Source of the DNA: Tubulanus polymorphus
Lineage: Eukaryota > Animalia > Nemertea
Length of the DNA: 64,000 nt
Assembly: GCF_964204645.1 (NCBI RefSeq)
Contig: NC_134025.1
Span: 17,955,101 to 18,019,100 of the forward strand
Reading direction: 5' to 3'
Position numbers and translations under genes: made by a program. Numbering within the stretch: the first letter of the stretch is position 1; each line of letters opens with the position of its first letter. Below the pieces are notes generated by a model. That model did no database searches, had not been told where the DNA came from, and worked only from the letters and a program-made list of their open reading frames with translations. Of the stretch, positions 25,311 through 38,350 are shown in pieces.

Positions 25311-25569
25311 TCAAACGTCACGTAGTTTATGACAAACAGCTCAACAGTTTATGATTAAACGCTCGCGTTGTAATGAATCCCGGGAACCGAGTCGTCAACA
25401 CCCATCCTACTTATCCCTTAATAGTCAGCAAACATTCATTCGGGTATTCACACTGTATGTTAACTGTATATTAACACTGTATATCTCGATTCATAATGAT
25501 AAGAATAGTTGTCAGAAAAAAATGTCAGAAAACCCTTTATGGCAGCTGTGCAGCTATCTTGCTTTTCAG

Positions 25570-25812
25570 GTAAAGGTCTTGTCGATTTCACACGGTTCCT
25601 GGTATTAATGTCGCAGCCAATCAATGATGGAGAGACAATCGAGGATGTGATGGAAGCATTCCGGGTGTTTGATAAAGATGGAAGTGGGTATATCAGCGCA
25701 GCTGAACTAAGACACGCTATGACAAATCTAGGTGAAAAAATGCCCGACGAGGATGTCGATGAAATGATTCGGGAAGCTGATGTTGCTGGGGATGGACAAA
25801 TTAAATATGACG
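25570..25812 (+). CDS. Calmodulin-like gene, 243-nt exon (EF-hands 2-4)
   Basis: TTTTCAG acceptor, GT donor, phase 1/1. Translates [13 protein letters not shown]...[53 protein letters not shown]. 243 nt = 107+136 (fused vertebrate exons 4 and 5). Confidence 0.9.
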
Positions 25813-26149
25813 GTATTATGATATTACTAAACACTAATATTATTAATAGTAGTATATGTTGTGTGTAGTCGATATGTATCGGGTTCTCCGCCATGTAACT
25901 AGGTCCGGTCACGATGTGGGTAGAAGTTGACCAACAGAATTGACGACTATAACCACAACCAACGATTTAACTTTCATGGCCTTTCGTTCATTTCGAACTC
26001 GTAATGCGGTTTATCAAAATTTAGTTGTCGTAGTTGAGACTCGAAGCCACTGAGTATGAAGTTCCCTTTTTTCAAATAGCGCACTCTGCTGCACTATACC
26101 CCGTATCAGAGTGGCTGATGCAACACCTGATTACTATAGTTATTTACTA

Positions 26150-26990
26150 TTTGTAGCTCCGCTGTTACCGAAGGTCTGCAGAGCTGATGGTTTAGAGTGA
26201 TTATCCGTCGTCGTCTGTCGGTCCGTCCGTCCGTCAAGTTTTGCTTCAATTTGCTACTTGTGCTACAGTTCTTTTCTAATCTTTTTTAAACTAGGTACGA
26301 AGCTAATACGGGCCAAGGTCTAAAAAGTTATAGAGCCGTTTTCCAAATTTGAAGGGGAGCTGTACAGGTTGCACTTGTAAAATCTTTAAATCGCTACTCG
26401 TCCTACAATTATAGTCCGATGTTGACGAAACTTGGTATGTAGATACTATGTGGGCCAAGGGCTAAAAACCTATGGGCGGTTTTCGAAATTAATCTCTAGG
26501 GGTTGCGCATATATCATTATGTCTCCCCGGTCGGAGCTGGGCAAACATCATATTTCATTCAGCGGGTGCGTCTGTCGTCCCTTGAGATCTCGTTAGCGTC
26601 ATAGAGCCTGTCATTCTCTATAAATTTGGGCAGGTGAGATGTACAGCACTATCAAAATCGGGGGTCATCAGCCAACGAATATGGCGGCCTGGTCCGCCAA
26701 CTTGAATTTCTTGATACACATTACAGTCTACAATTTTGAAAGGATTTTCATGACACTGTGGAGTATGAGATGCGTAAGCTCTTCACTCCTTCAAAACAGG
26801 GTCATCAGCCACCAAATGTGGCCACTTGGGCGGCCATCTTGGATTTCTTGTATGGAAATACGGCCTTATTATTGCTGGATTTTCGTGATACTAAGGGTTG
26901 TGGTTTTGGAAAGGTGAACCTATCGGGAATAGATGTTATTGGTCCTCTCATTTGCCGCCACCGAAGGGTTTTCTATATGCACATCTCAAT
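26150..26990 (+). mobile_element. Helentron-associated non-autonomous element (HINE/DINE-like)
   Basis: T-run start TTTGTAGCTCCGCTG..., 5' stem-loop and (GTCC)n microsatellite. The right boundary is approximate. Confidence 0.55.
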
Positions 26991-27089
26991 ACAAATACAA
27001 ACAGGGTATCCTAGAAATTAATATATAATATAATTTATTTTTCGCTTGAAGATAACAATGCAATGAACAATATAAATGCCGAATGTAAA

Positions 27090-27292
27090 AACTTTGGACC
27101 AAGCCAAGTGGTGACCAACAAGACAAAGAAAATATTAATATACTACATGAGATGGGTGAAATGAGGCATGGCATGTTTATATGAAGCCATTAGTCATTTA
27201 GTATCTTCTTATTAAGCCAACCATCAGGAATAATATTGAATAGTGATAATATGAGGAATTAGTTAATTGTTAATATTTCGCCAGAGTTTGTT
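27090..27292 (+). repeat. ~200-bp direct duplication of 28868-29092 including the last splice acceptor
   Basis: ACTTTGGACCAAGCCAAGTGGTGAC...TATTTCGCCAGAGTTTGTTTT is present twice. Confidence 0.85.
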
Positions 27293-29083
27293 TTTTGAAG
27301 CAACTTGTTATAGAATTAAGTCAAGTTTGGTTTTTGCCAGATTATTGGTACTTTAGTAAACAAGAAACATACTTTCGAGGAAAATACTGGCGCCTGGTGG
27401 AATAATGGAGAATGTATACATTTAGGTGAATGGGACATGGATGTTTGTGTATTTGGGGATTTTTCATGAAACTAGGGGTCCAGAGACACCATCGTCACTT
27501 TAGATATGATTATAAGACTGGTGTATATTAAAGTTAGGCATATACCCCCAAGACGTCATTAAGTAAATGTATAACTTTTCACTAGGTGTGTCAATCCACG
27601 GGTTATATATTTGTAATAATTTGTCATTATCAAATTTGCTGCCTTTAGGAATGATAGGAAAGAATCAGCTGTGTCATGTTTGCACCCCCTGGTGGGCACA
27701 TGGGAACGCATGCGGTCTTAGAATAGTAAGGTGACCATTCTATGCATAGTATCAGTCAGCTGTGACGTGTAGGTCAAACGTGACATGTCTCCTTAACTGC
27801 TTATGGGCAGGTATGTTGAAAATTCAAGTGTTTGTAATAATGGTGTTGACGTCGTTGAGGAATCCGGCTGACATATAGGTATGGATGGGAATATATGTCC
27901 ATTTGTGTTGTAGGTTTGTGTATCCAAGACCCCATGAAGCAATAAATAAACAATGCACACCGTATAGATTATGCAATCAAATATATTTATTTGCAGAAAA
28001 ATACAAAAGAATTACAATGTCGTAAAGAAAAATATAATGTCGAAGTAAAATAATGGAGACAGTGAATACAGCTAGCTGCGCATTTACATCCGCGTAGTAC
28101 AATTCACTCAACACTAATAACGCTACCCTCTATCGGCACACTATAGGCCTACTGGGCTTACTAATTGGTGTATACTTTGAGTACTACTTTCTTGATCAAT
28201 GTGACCTTGCTGCTGTTCACCATTCTCTACTTTATAACTGTAAGTGTAAGACGCCACACTTTAACCCTGGAATGGAATTTTATTTTTAATGTTAGTGCCT
28301 GCTGCATAATTTGATTGCTTTGCAATTAATAAAATAAAGCAATTAGAAAATTTGTGGCGGCCCAAGTTCAAAGATGTTCATAAGAGTTTGGCCATTTCAA
28401 TTGTAGCTTATGATTAATTTGTTAAACATAAATGAATAATTTTTGACAAATATTGTATTTTCATTTCAGTTTAGTTTTTATATGGTCAGTTTTAGGGGTG
28501 CATCTAGCTGCTTTTTTCAGTGTGATTGGTGATGAGGTAGGCCTAAGTTACTGAGGGCAAGGCCTTCATTCAGAATGAAATAGGGGTTTTCTTTAGCTTT
28601 ATCGGCAACATCATCCCCAAAACTACTCAAAATAAAATAATTACCACAAATTTCATTGATCCTGGGAAAAAAATGACTTAAAACAACTTAAAACTAGCGT
28701 AAACAGCTGATTTAAACGTGAAACGCTAACGCGAACCCCGGAATAAATGAAAATGCCCGGATGAAGCAATTTTACTTCCCAACTTTACGGCCATTTCCGG
28801 GAAAAGACGGCTTAACGAATCAAACTAAAACCTTTTGCAATATACACTAAAACCCACAGGCCGTAACAACTTTGGACCAAGCCAAGTGGTGACTGTACCC
28901 ACAAGACAAAGAAAATATTAATATAGTACATGAGATGGGTGAAATGAGGCATGGCATGTTTATATGAAGCCATTAGTCATATAGTATCTTCTTAATAAGC
29001 CAACCATCAGGAATAATATTAGATAGTGATAATATTAGATAGTGATATCGTGAGGAATTAGTTAATTGTTACTATTTCGCCAG

Positions 29084-29118
29084 AGTTTGTTTTGGTGATT
29101 GGTGATACTGGACCCTAG
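29084..29118 (+). CDS. Calmodulin-like gene, probable last coding exon (EFVLVIGDTGP*)
   Basis: TTTCGCCAG acceptor. Phase-1 join G|AG gives YDEFV, matching calmodulin YEEFV. Confidence 0.6.
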
Positions 29119-29749
29119 GATGTGTGCTGCTGAACCCTATGGTTATTTCTACCGCGCGTATTATGTCGTTGGTTAGAGAAATTCTGATGTAACAATTTCA
29201 TAAGAGGGCTTGGTAGCAGTTTATTTACAAAACTGTAGCCTAATTCAACCATTTCGAGGGTGATCATATCTTCGACTTTAAGGATTTTTTATTTCATAAA
29301 TAAGGGGGCAGCTGAACCATTCAAAAAAGTATGTGTGTATTTCTTTGCAAGTAATGGTCCCCATGTTGATAGACAATAAATACACAATGTCGCGATGGAA
29401 TCGGTCTGTATAAAATCTGGCGCAGTATCGCAGCTATGTCCTTAAATAAATCCGCAACACGTACCCGCTACGGTTCTTTCTTCTAACCGCAAAAGAATAT
29501 GACCCATGGGCTATTATTATTTTGAATGAAATAAATTTAATAATCGATTTTCATTTAAGTTGTTATCGTTCCAATTATTATTCAAAAGTCGGCTGAAGTC
29601 CAGTATACGGTTAAGGTCCCCAAGACATTACACTTAGAATTAATTTCTATATTTTTCCGCGCATATCTTGCGTAGTTCTCTTTCTACTTAAACTTCGAGA
29701 ATCAATGTACCCTTCATAGTATCCCATCCATATCTTTCTTGACAATCGC

Positions 29750-29950
29750 GAAATACCCGACAGTCCCGACACTCCCGACAGTCCCGGCCATTCCAGCACT
29801 CCCGACATACCCGACACTCCCGACAATCCCGACATACCTGACACTCCCGATACACGCGATAATCCCGACACTCCTGACACACTCGACACTCCCGACAGTC
29901 CCGACATACCCGGCACTCCCGACAATCCCGAGATACCCGACACACGCGAT
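29750..29950. repeat. 9-bp minisatellite (CCCGACAyT/C)n
   Basis: Directly visible. It explains the four overlapping low-complexity ORFs. Confidence 0.9.
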
Positions 29951-30675
29951 AAAAAAAGCATTACTGAAAGCACACATACAATAGTAAGATTCAGGTTAAA
30001 AAGGGCGAGAGTAGACAGATGCCAGAAGCTGTAAGGCATAGATATAAGATATATGTAAACAAGTCTGATATGATACATGTAACCTATTATGTTGTGGATT
30101 GATCCATCAATTATTCTGCAATAGACTGCAGAATATCGAGTACCGGGAATCTACGGCTTAAAATAAACAGTGCACGTGGCCAGCGGTACCGAATTCCTTA
30201 TTTGATGAAAGAAGGGGCGGAGACTAATGTTTTTTCCGACTAATGTTGCTGCTGCTGGTGCTCGAGCAAGACGTGCCGCGGGCCGCCGCACTGCCGTCAA
30301 ATATTGAGTAAATCGTACGACTCTAACGCATCTCTAATCTCAGTTTTAGGGTCATAAAATTTTTATGAAATAAACGTTTCTTTAGTGCCGTGGCTTGGGG
30401 TTGACTGCTTCGCGGGCGAGCATAATTCTCCGGGATTCGAACCTGTGGCGCCGAACCGGCGGGCGTTGTTTGTTATTTTGAATTCGCTACCGTTGCTAAA
30501 GGAATTTCAGCTATTTTAAACTCGTTCGATCAACGCGGTTCATTGTTAAACTATTCAACAACCCAATCTTGTTCTAAATATCACAAAAGAGGATAAATTC
30601 TGAAATCACCCGATCCAAAAGGATTTTAGCGTGACGTAATTCTACTTCCGATTTGAGATTCAAAGCGGACGTCAA

Positions 30676-31818
30676 CCCTGCTAACAAAAATACATTGTCG
30701 GTATGTCGTAACAACTTTAAATCAGATCAGACTAATGTTGCTTTAATGTTGTATCAACGAGAACTGTGGACTCATAGCAAGTTGTCACAACATTGTTGCA
30801 ATGTTGTGCCAAACATCTCCACAACATTGGATCAACGTTGGAGTGTTAAATGTTGAAACGGACAATATTTCTACAACATTGACACAATGTCATTATTTTA
30901 CTTGAAACATTCCTACAACGTCTATACAACATCCTAATAATATAAATTGGAGGCCTTCAATGGGTGACTTAAACTTCATCTTTTAATCCATTAGCCTATA
31001 TCCTCATCTTCGGTTGTATGGGTACAGCAATATAACTAATAAACTCGAAAATAAATTTGAGTCGATTTTGAATTGATTTTTATTAGGCCTACCTCAATAT
31101 TCATCGTATATACAAAGGATATAATTTATTGATACGATGCAACATCTATTAATATGTATTATCTTCGACCACATCGACATCCTTGATCACTGATTTATCT
31201 GAAAAGAATAAAATATTTGTAAATATATTGCCCCAATTTCAGAACAGTGCCACGTACCAAAGAAAAATGGCGGGAAATTCTAATGGGAAAGAGTCGTGTT
31301 CTAAAATCTCTTTTATCAATCAATTTAGAGAATTAACCACATATGCTTTATTCAAATCAAATCTAGTGCAGTAAAACTGTCACATCCATCATCGATAAAT
31401 ATCCAAATCATCCTCAGGACGCAGAAAAATGGAATAAACAACACACAGAAATCTTCTAAACCAAACGGAGAAAACAAAATGGTGGAGACTCACTGGGAAG
31501 GAACTACATACCCATCGTTTCGTATCCATTGATTAGAATTGCACGAAGGTGTAGAATGCTGATTATGGATCTTCATCATAGCCAAAAAGGTCTGGATTAG
31601 ACAATTAACCACGCTGCCATGTGCGAAACTAACATCAATTAACATCAATGTTGCAGCAATGTTGTATAAACATCAGTATTCCTTAGTGCTATCAACAGAG
31701 GGCGGACTTATTTATGTAACATTGTCTGAATGTTTTGTCAATGTTCTAGAGGAAAACATTGGATAACAACCTGCCAGCAACATAAGCTTAAGTTGTACCG
31801 ACATTGTTGCTGGCAGGG
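30676..31818. mobile_element. Non-autonomous CACTA/EnSpm-like element
   Basis: TIRs CCCTGCTAACA / TGCTGGCAGGG, 2-bp TSD AA, and subterminal ACAACATT repeats. Confidence 0.7.
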
Positions 31819-32987
31819 AAGTGACGTCATTTTTTTCTGACTTCGTCAGCTAGTCAGAATCGGTTAAGAAGACACTTCGTAGCATCCACATATACGCATT
31901 TACCAAAGGGACGCAGGCGCCCGGCGTCCGTCTATCATTTTTTTAAGGAACCCTGCATTTCTAATTATATCGTTTTTTCTACTTCGCGCGCCGAACAGTT
32001 TATTTTTCGTCAATCTGCGGGGGATTATGTTTTTATACGTCGGGTCGCAGCCGCTCATCTCGCTGTGTGTATACAGCCCTGATGTCTCTATAGCCTACTA
32101 CATGTGCTAAGTCGGGGTAGGCCTATTCCCGAGAGTACAGCATCTTCGCATTACTGGTAATTTTTATGAAGAAAATCCCTCACTCGCAGTTCTTTCAAGA
32201 AATAAAATAGGGCTAGCGACTGACAAAACCTCAGAGACAACCCTGCCAATCCTATCTAGTGTAATCTTAGCTTACATCAACAAAGCGACTGGATACAACT
32301 AGTTGCCTGTCTGCGGGTACCCCCGCGCTCATCGAAAATCTAATGAAAGCAACTGCGTGGCTCATGCCGGTCGCTAGGACCATAGAGCGTTCATCGACGG
32401 CAACTGGAATGTGTTATCTAGCAAATATTCTTGAGGGCACTCAAATCACGTAACTAATTGCCGACCAGTTGCAACCACGTGTTGTTGATTATGGAGCGCT
32501 CCCATCGACGGATATGAAAGTAACTGAGTACAACTAGAGAGTGAGAGAGAGTGTCTGCCATCTTGTTTGCAGTGCGCATGCTCCCCATTCTGTTTGCAAA
32601 CACAATAGTTTAGTATATCCTCAAAATTGATCTATGTGGGCAAATTTCTCATTCGTTACTCATCAACAACACAAACATTCTTTCTGTGTAAGTTTAAAAC
32701 ATTTTGATCGAGTAAAAAAAACGCTGTCCGGGTTCATTGATCAGGTTTTCTATCCGATAAGTAGTAGACTGTATAAACGCACACGTATGCATCAGTGTGT
32801 TAACAGTAGTGTACACTCTCCCATTACGTACGCGCGTATAGAACTCATGGTACGCGGGCACAGGCACACTACAATGACACAGTTCTCGGCGGTGTTCAGC
32901 GATTCCACGTGCATTTCTTTACAAATACAGCAGAGCATGCGCACTGCAAACAAAATGGTGGAAAATCTCTTGTGAAAAAAATAGCAT

Positions 32988-34560
32988 GTAAATATAGCTG
33001 CGAAGCAGCGATGATGGGTTTTCTGCAAAGCCATTCAGAATGATGGGAATAGTAGTAAATTAAAATATCGATACATAGAATAAAATGCATTGACAGATTC
33101 GAACCTAATATGCAACCACTGTGTAAACGTCAAATATGATTCAGCTTTAAAACCGAACATACGCGGACGTACAATCAACAAATATTAATTTATTTGACCA
33201 GGCATTTATTTTGGCATTCAAACATCATGATACTGTATTATCTATCACCATGTTTAAAAATAGATCCGTCCTATTAAGAACTCATCTTAAGCACCTGCTG
33301 AGTCGATAAATTGAGTGAATTTACAGATAAGAACGTATTATGATTTAGAATAGATTTAAGAAGTTAATTTTTTTATTGAAATATATGAATAAATACATAT
33401 ATTGTAGCGTAGATTCAATCAATAAATTATGAATTGATTTGGTCTGGGTTTCCGGCTGATGTTGATTTTGGCTTTTATGGATTACCAATTCTATAGTGAT
33501 AGACAATTGATACCTGCAACATGTGTGTAAATCAAACCTATTCCACTAGTTGCGTGTGTTTCCTAATAAACGGGAGAGTCACTCTTGATCTGAGTAATTA
33601 GAAAAATAATGTTCATATAGAAATTCATTGCCTTTTTGGAAATTCTGTAATAATATAAGTCCTGTCCTAATTTTTATTACTGTATGAACCAATGATATGC
33701 TTCGTAAATGTGATGTAATAAAATAAATTTGAATTTGAATTAAATTTGAACATGAGAATCAAGCATAACTTGCGTTTTTTCAACTTGTCTTATTTGTCTT
33801 TTGTTAACAGTTCCAGAGTTTCAATAACAATCAAATCCAAATTGGCTAAAAAGTACGTAGGACTAAATGAAATGAACCGTTAGTTACTGCAAACCAATTC
33901 CAGTGTTATGTCGATCGTGTTGAATCACTTTACTTGAGTTGAAAGAATCAGATCTTCTATGGTGCAACATCGGTCGAAGAGAGATATCTTGGCGTTGACT
34001 GTCCTTGACCATCTAACTTCATGCGTTTGACATTGGAATCAGCATCATACCCATTTGAACTGCAAAATATTCATACAACATCAAAACCTACAGTACATGT
34101 ATACAGTAATCAAACTTTCACCGATGTTGGATATTTGAATGAACGTTAGGCTTATTTCAGTATTCTAAAGCATGAAATAATAAGCCAAATCAATAGGCCC
34201 TATTCCCATTGAAACAATTGTATAATGCGTACAGCTGTACCGTACACTTATCAGTCAAGAATGGAGAAATCGGTATACCAAACCTACGAACAGCAAAATG
34301 TACAGGCCTACAATGATTTCTGGTATACAAGCCGTGACCACATGAACGTTTTGGTTTGACTATTCATGTCAGCAGGTCAGAGAAGGCCTGGCCAAATTTA
34401 ATCACATGGCTCAAATCAATTAGCCTTTCTGCGTGTGAATACTTCACTGTATTGTTTTAAAAATAGGCCTATCGAGTGAATTGGTACATAAACTGAATTA
34501 GACTTTAGGCTAGTCCTGACCAAATCCTATCCATGTTATAATGGCACCAGTTATAGTAAC
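32988..34560 (-). repeat. Inverted copy of 17375-18935
   Basis: Reverse-complement identity. Confidence 0.88.
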
Positions 34561-34599
34561 GTGGTTAGAAGAGATTCTTTACATTACGAAGGAATACAT

Positions 34600-35000
34600 T
34601 TTTATTCAGTTAAGAATTTAAATAATTATCATGTTGATTCCAATTCAGATTTCGAGCGATAAAAACTCCGAGAAATTTACTATGGGATATCGTCTCCTGT
34701 ATTTAATTTAAATTCGGTCTTATCTACAACAGATTTAGAGCGTTTGACTTGGGCACATTCAAAGTAAGATAATTGGCTCGGAACCAATCGATCAACGTAG
34801 CAATATCTTTTTCTATGTATGTATGTATATTCTGCAAATCTTTAATCGTGAAAAGTACATCAGTATCATCTGCAAATAATATGGGTTTAGAATTAACTAA
34901 ATTATGGCTAAGGTCATTAACATAGACCAAAAAAGCAGAGGTCCAAGGACGGAACCTTGGGGCACTCCGTAAGTGATAGATTTAAGTGAAGAATTGGTAT
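34600..35000 (-). pseudogene. Non-LTR retrotransposon (CR1/L2-like) reverse transcriptase fragment
   Basis: GVPQGSVLGPLL, YVNDL, ILFADDT and WFRANYLTLNVPKS. Confidence 0.85.
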
Positions 35001-36896
35001 TTAGATGAGAAACACACATTTTATACAGCGTGGGAAAACCACGTCATGCGTTATTATTGATATATCGTTTCGACCCTGGAGATTTTCCGTATATTTGCAA
35101 ATATCGTTTACCCATAAAGACCGATTGTGGACAGGTTGATTGATATATGTCTCAGTAAAAATGTCCGGTGATTCCCGTGACTCCCGTATAGGCTACAGAA
35201 ATAAATATAGGTAACACGGTAAATTGTATATGAGAGTCAAAATCACTTAATTCGTCAATTGGATAAATCCTCTCTTTTGAGTCGGTCCCAAAAGTGACGA
35301 TTAAAGCAAATTCGACTGTATATGAAATTGATTCACTTAGTGGCTCTCGAAGACCTACCGGTACGTATCATTTCTACTCGAGTCACTCCAGTTGTAGCAA
35401 TTATGACTAGACAATCAATAACAAGTGAATGAACGTGTAAACCAAATCGTTTCAAAGAAAATGCCTTTCACCATTATCGATCAGAAGTCAAGTATGTCAA
35501 TATTGAGTTCTGTATATCATCTTCGTACAAAAGGAAAGTTATACGAAGGGGTAGTAAACCCTACTGTTTGACATTATTGGATCTACTTAATGAGATGTAA
35601 TCAAATATCGTAGCCAATGTTTGAATGAGGGCAGGTTTCCCATTATATTGAAACACTACAAACAGTAAAAACCTGAAACAATATTTAAAACTGAAAGAAT
35701 TATTTTGGGTTGGTTTTTTACAGCATAGTTTGCTAAAACAATTTCAGGTGTTCCCCTAAAAGTGCTTTTCCGGCTTTTACTGGGGATTGATACGAACTAC
35801 GGGCCTGATTATGCTTATGTATTTTCGCTTGGCCAATCTTATAATCCTGCGACATCGTTTCCTATGTACGTTCAATGTACTGATTATTTTCATCGATCTT
35901 TACAAATGATCGTATTTCGAAGAAATGATTTTATAAAATGGTCGTTGTTTTTTTTTTTGCAGCTTTTACTAAAATCATACTTATGAAGAACTTCTAAGTA
36001 AAACGATGCAGGACAATTTCCTGGCGAGGAAGGTTGGGAAGTTTGGATGTGCTTTGCAAGAAGAACGTTCCAAGTAATAGTCTATTGTTCAATGACAATG
36101 ACGTTCCGAAATAAACAAAATCTGTTAGTAAACTGATTAAGGATCAAGTGTAGCCAAAGATATCGTCGGAGAAAATAAACATAATAATGAACATAAACAC
36201 ATAATAATCATTTTTGAGAAATTTAAGCTGCAATGAGTGATGTACACTGGAATAAAAAAGATTGAAAAGTGTAAATTTGAATAACTTTTCACCGTAGTTC
36301 ATCTGACACCGATGTAGAAGGTGCTGAAGATACCATAATATGGACTCCATGCTGAATTCAAGGCAGCGCGGTCTTATTGATACTCATGGTATTTGGGGTT
36401 TAGGTTATCCCTTTTTATCTCGTGTGACGTGCTTTTTATGTCTCTTTTTTGAGGTGTTGGAAACTACTGATATTGTTAAAATCTCAAGTTAGTATTCGCG
36501 TTTATTTTGCCGGCTACTGTGCTTCTGCGCCGATTGAGGGTAAAAAAATTGTTTCCTATCTTCATAATATTTAAACGATCATTACAGTAATGACGAAATT
36601 ATGATAATACCAATGCGTAATCGTGAATTCAGTTGGCATTGAATAGGAAAATTCCAATAAAACTAACGCTAATTACGTGAGCACAGTGCACGTTGTATTC
36701 ACTCTATTGTCCGTATGACGTCAACGCAATGCAGATAGTCAGTGAGCGTTCAGAAAATTCGCGCACGTGTTATTCATTTTTCAAACCTATATACTTATTC
36801 TAGTACATTGTTCAATCGAGAAAAAAATTATTACAATTGAAGGACATGATACATTATTAAAAGAATTAATTAATTATTAATTTTTGTATTTTATAA

Positions 36897-38330
36897 ATGA
36901 AGTTTCCAAAAGCTTTCCAATATAATAAATCAATTAAATATAATATTCAATATAATATTCCTGCAATAAATATTATTTCAAATATTTCATATAAAAATTT
37001 AGTTTTAAATTCATTAATTAATTTAGAAATTTATGTTACTGAAACAAAGTTTTTTATTTCTAGAATGGAAAATATATTTAACACATATGAAGTTACTTTT
37101 ACTCGAGATGAATATAATATATATAAAATAAAATCTAATCTGTGGTATAAGTTGGAACAATCATCTTAATAACTTAGATAAAAATTTGAATTATTCTGAT
37201 TTAAAATTAATTTATACAATATTTAGATTTCACACGTATTTTCAAATTAGAATTATATTAAATGAATTAGAATGTCCTTTACCTGGATCGAAATATTTTA
37301 AAAAATTGGATAATAATATTAATCTATCTCAGTTTTATAAAATATGTAATGAATTTAATATGAATATGAATAATTTTGACTTGGTGTTGGTGAACAGTTT
37401 GAAATAAAAAGAATTGATTATATGCATACAGTTGGTGCTTATGATAATTATAAAATTGATGATAATAATGGTTGGATTAATGTTGTTTTAGAAAATAGTG
37501 AAGGTTTTACAAAATCCGGTATGCAAAGAATAAATCAATCTATAAGAATATATTTGATTTGTATTTTAGGATCACAAGTTGAAACAAGATCCCCCAATAA
37601 TTGGAAATTTAAATACATCATTTGATACACAAAAACATATTCAAAGTATCATTTGAAGATTCTATTCGTAATGATAAAAATAGATCAATTCCAGAAAATA
37701 TAATAAGATATCAAAATTATTTAGATAAATCTCATGTAAGATTAAATTATTGTATAGGTCCCAATTTATTAATCATTTCTTATGATTTAATACTAAAAAT
37801 GGGAAATATAATTGGTTATAATAATCTAATTAAAACTGCAACAATAAATAATTCATTTGGATTAAATGATATAAATAAAAAGATTATTACTGCTCCAAAA
37901 TTAATGGAAGGGGAAAAATTTAAAAAAAAATTACAATCAACAGAAACTAAAACAAAAAATATTAAATTAAATAGTGATTCTAAAATTTAAGATTACCATA
38001 CGTGAGAAAATATTAAAACTGATAATATTCAACATGAAATAATTAAAACTAATGATAATAAATATCAAATTAGCTATAAACCACCAAATGATAACAATTC
38101 TATACAGGACAAAGTTAAAGATGGTTTGTAAAAATTAGCAAAATATTTATGTGAACTATCTAAAAAATCTGTTGCAGCTTTACCCGGAGTTATAGCATCA
38201 ATTGTTGGTTTTGTTTTAAAATCTACTGGAAATGTTACTAGTTTTGCTGCAGCATATTATTTCATTTTTAATAACAGTTGTAAGTGTAATTATTTTTGGA
38301 TTGGTAAACATGATAAAAAATAAATAATTA
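36897..38330 (+). pseudogene. Disrupted Polinton-like virus protein of unknown function with C-terminal hydrophobic segment
   Basis: Consecutive ORF fragments (HTYFQIRIILNELECPLPG; GFTKSGMQRINQSIRIYLICILGSQVETRS; ..AALPGVIASIVGFVLK). TAAATG start. Confidence 0.55.
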
Positions 38331-38350
38331 ATTTTTTTTTTCGTAAATAA

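Noticed and set aside
25509-25868. Single-exon 119-aa EF-hand ORF as given in the ORF track
   Set aside because: Homology is limited to 25570-25812, which is bounded by splice sites. The remainder is intron read-through.
29647-30078. Cys-rich metallothionein-like (CRECRVCRD) and Gly/Ser-rich ORFs
   Set aside because: Open in several frames on both strands because of a 9-bp minisatellite. No evidence of a gene.
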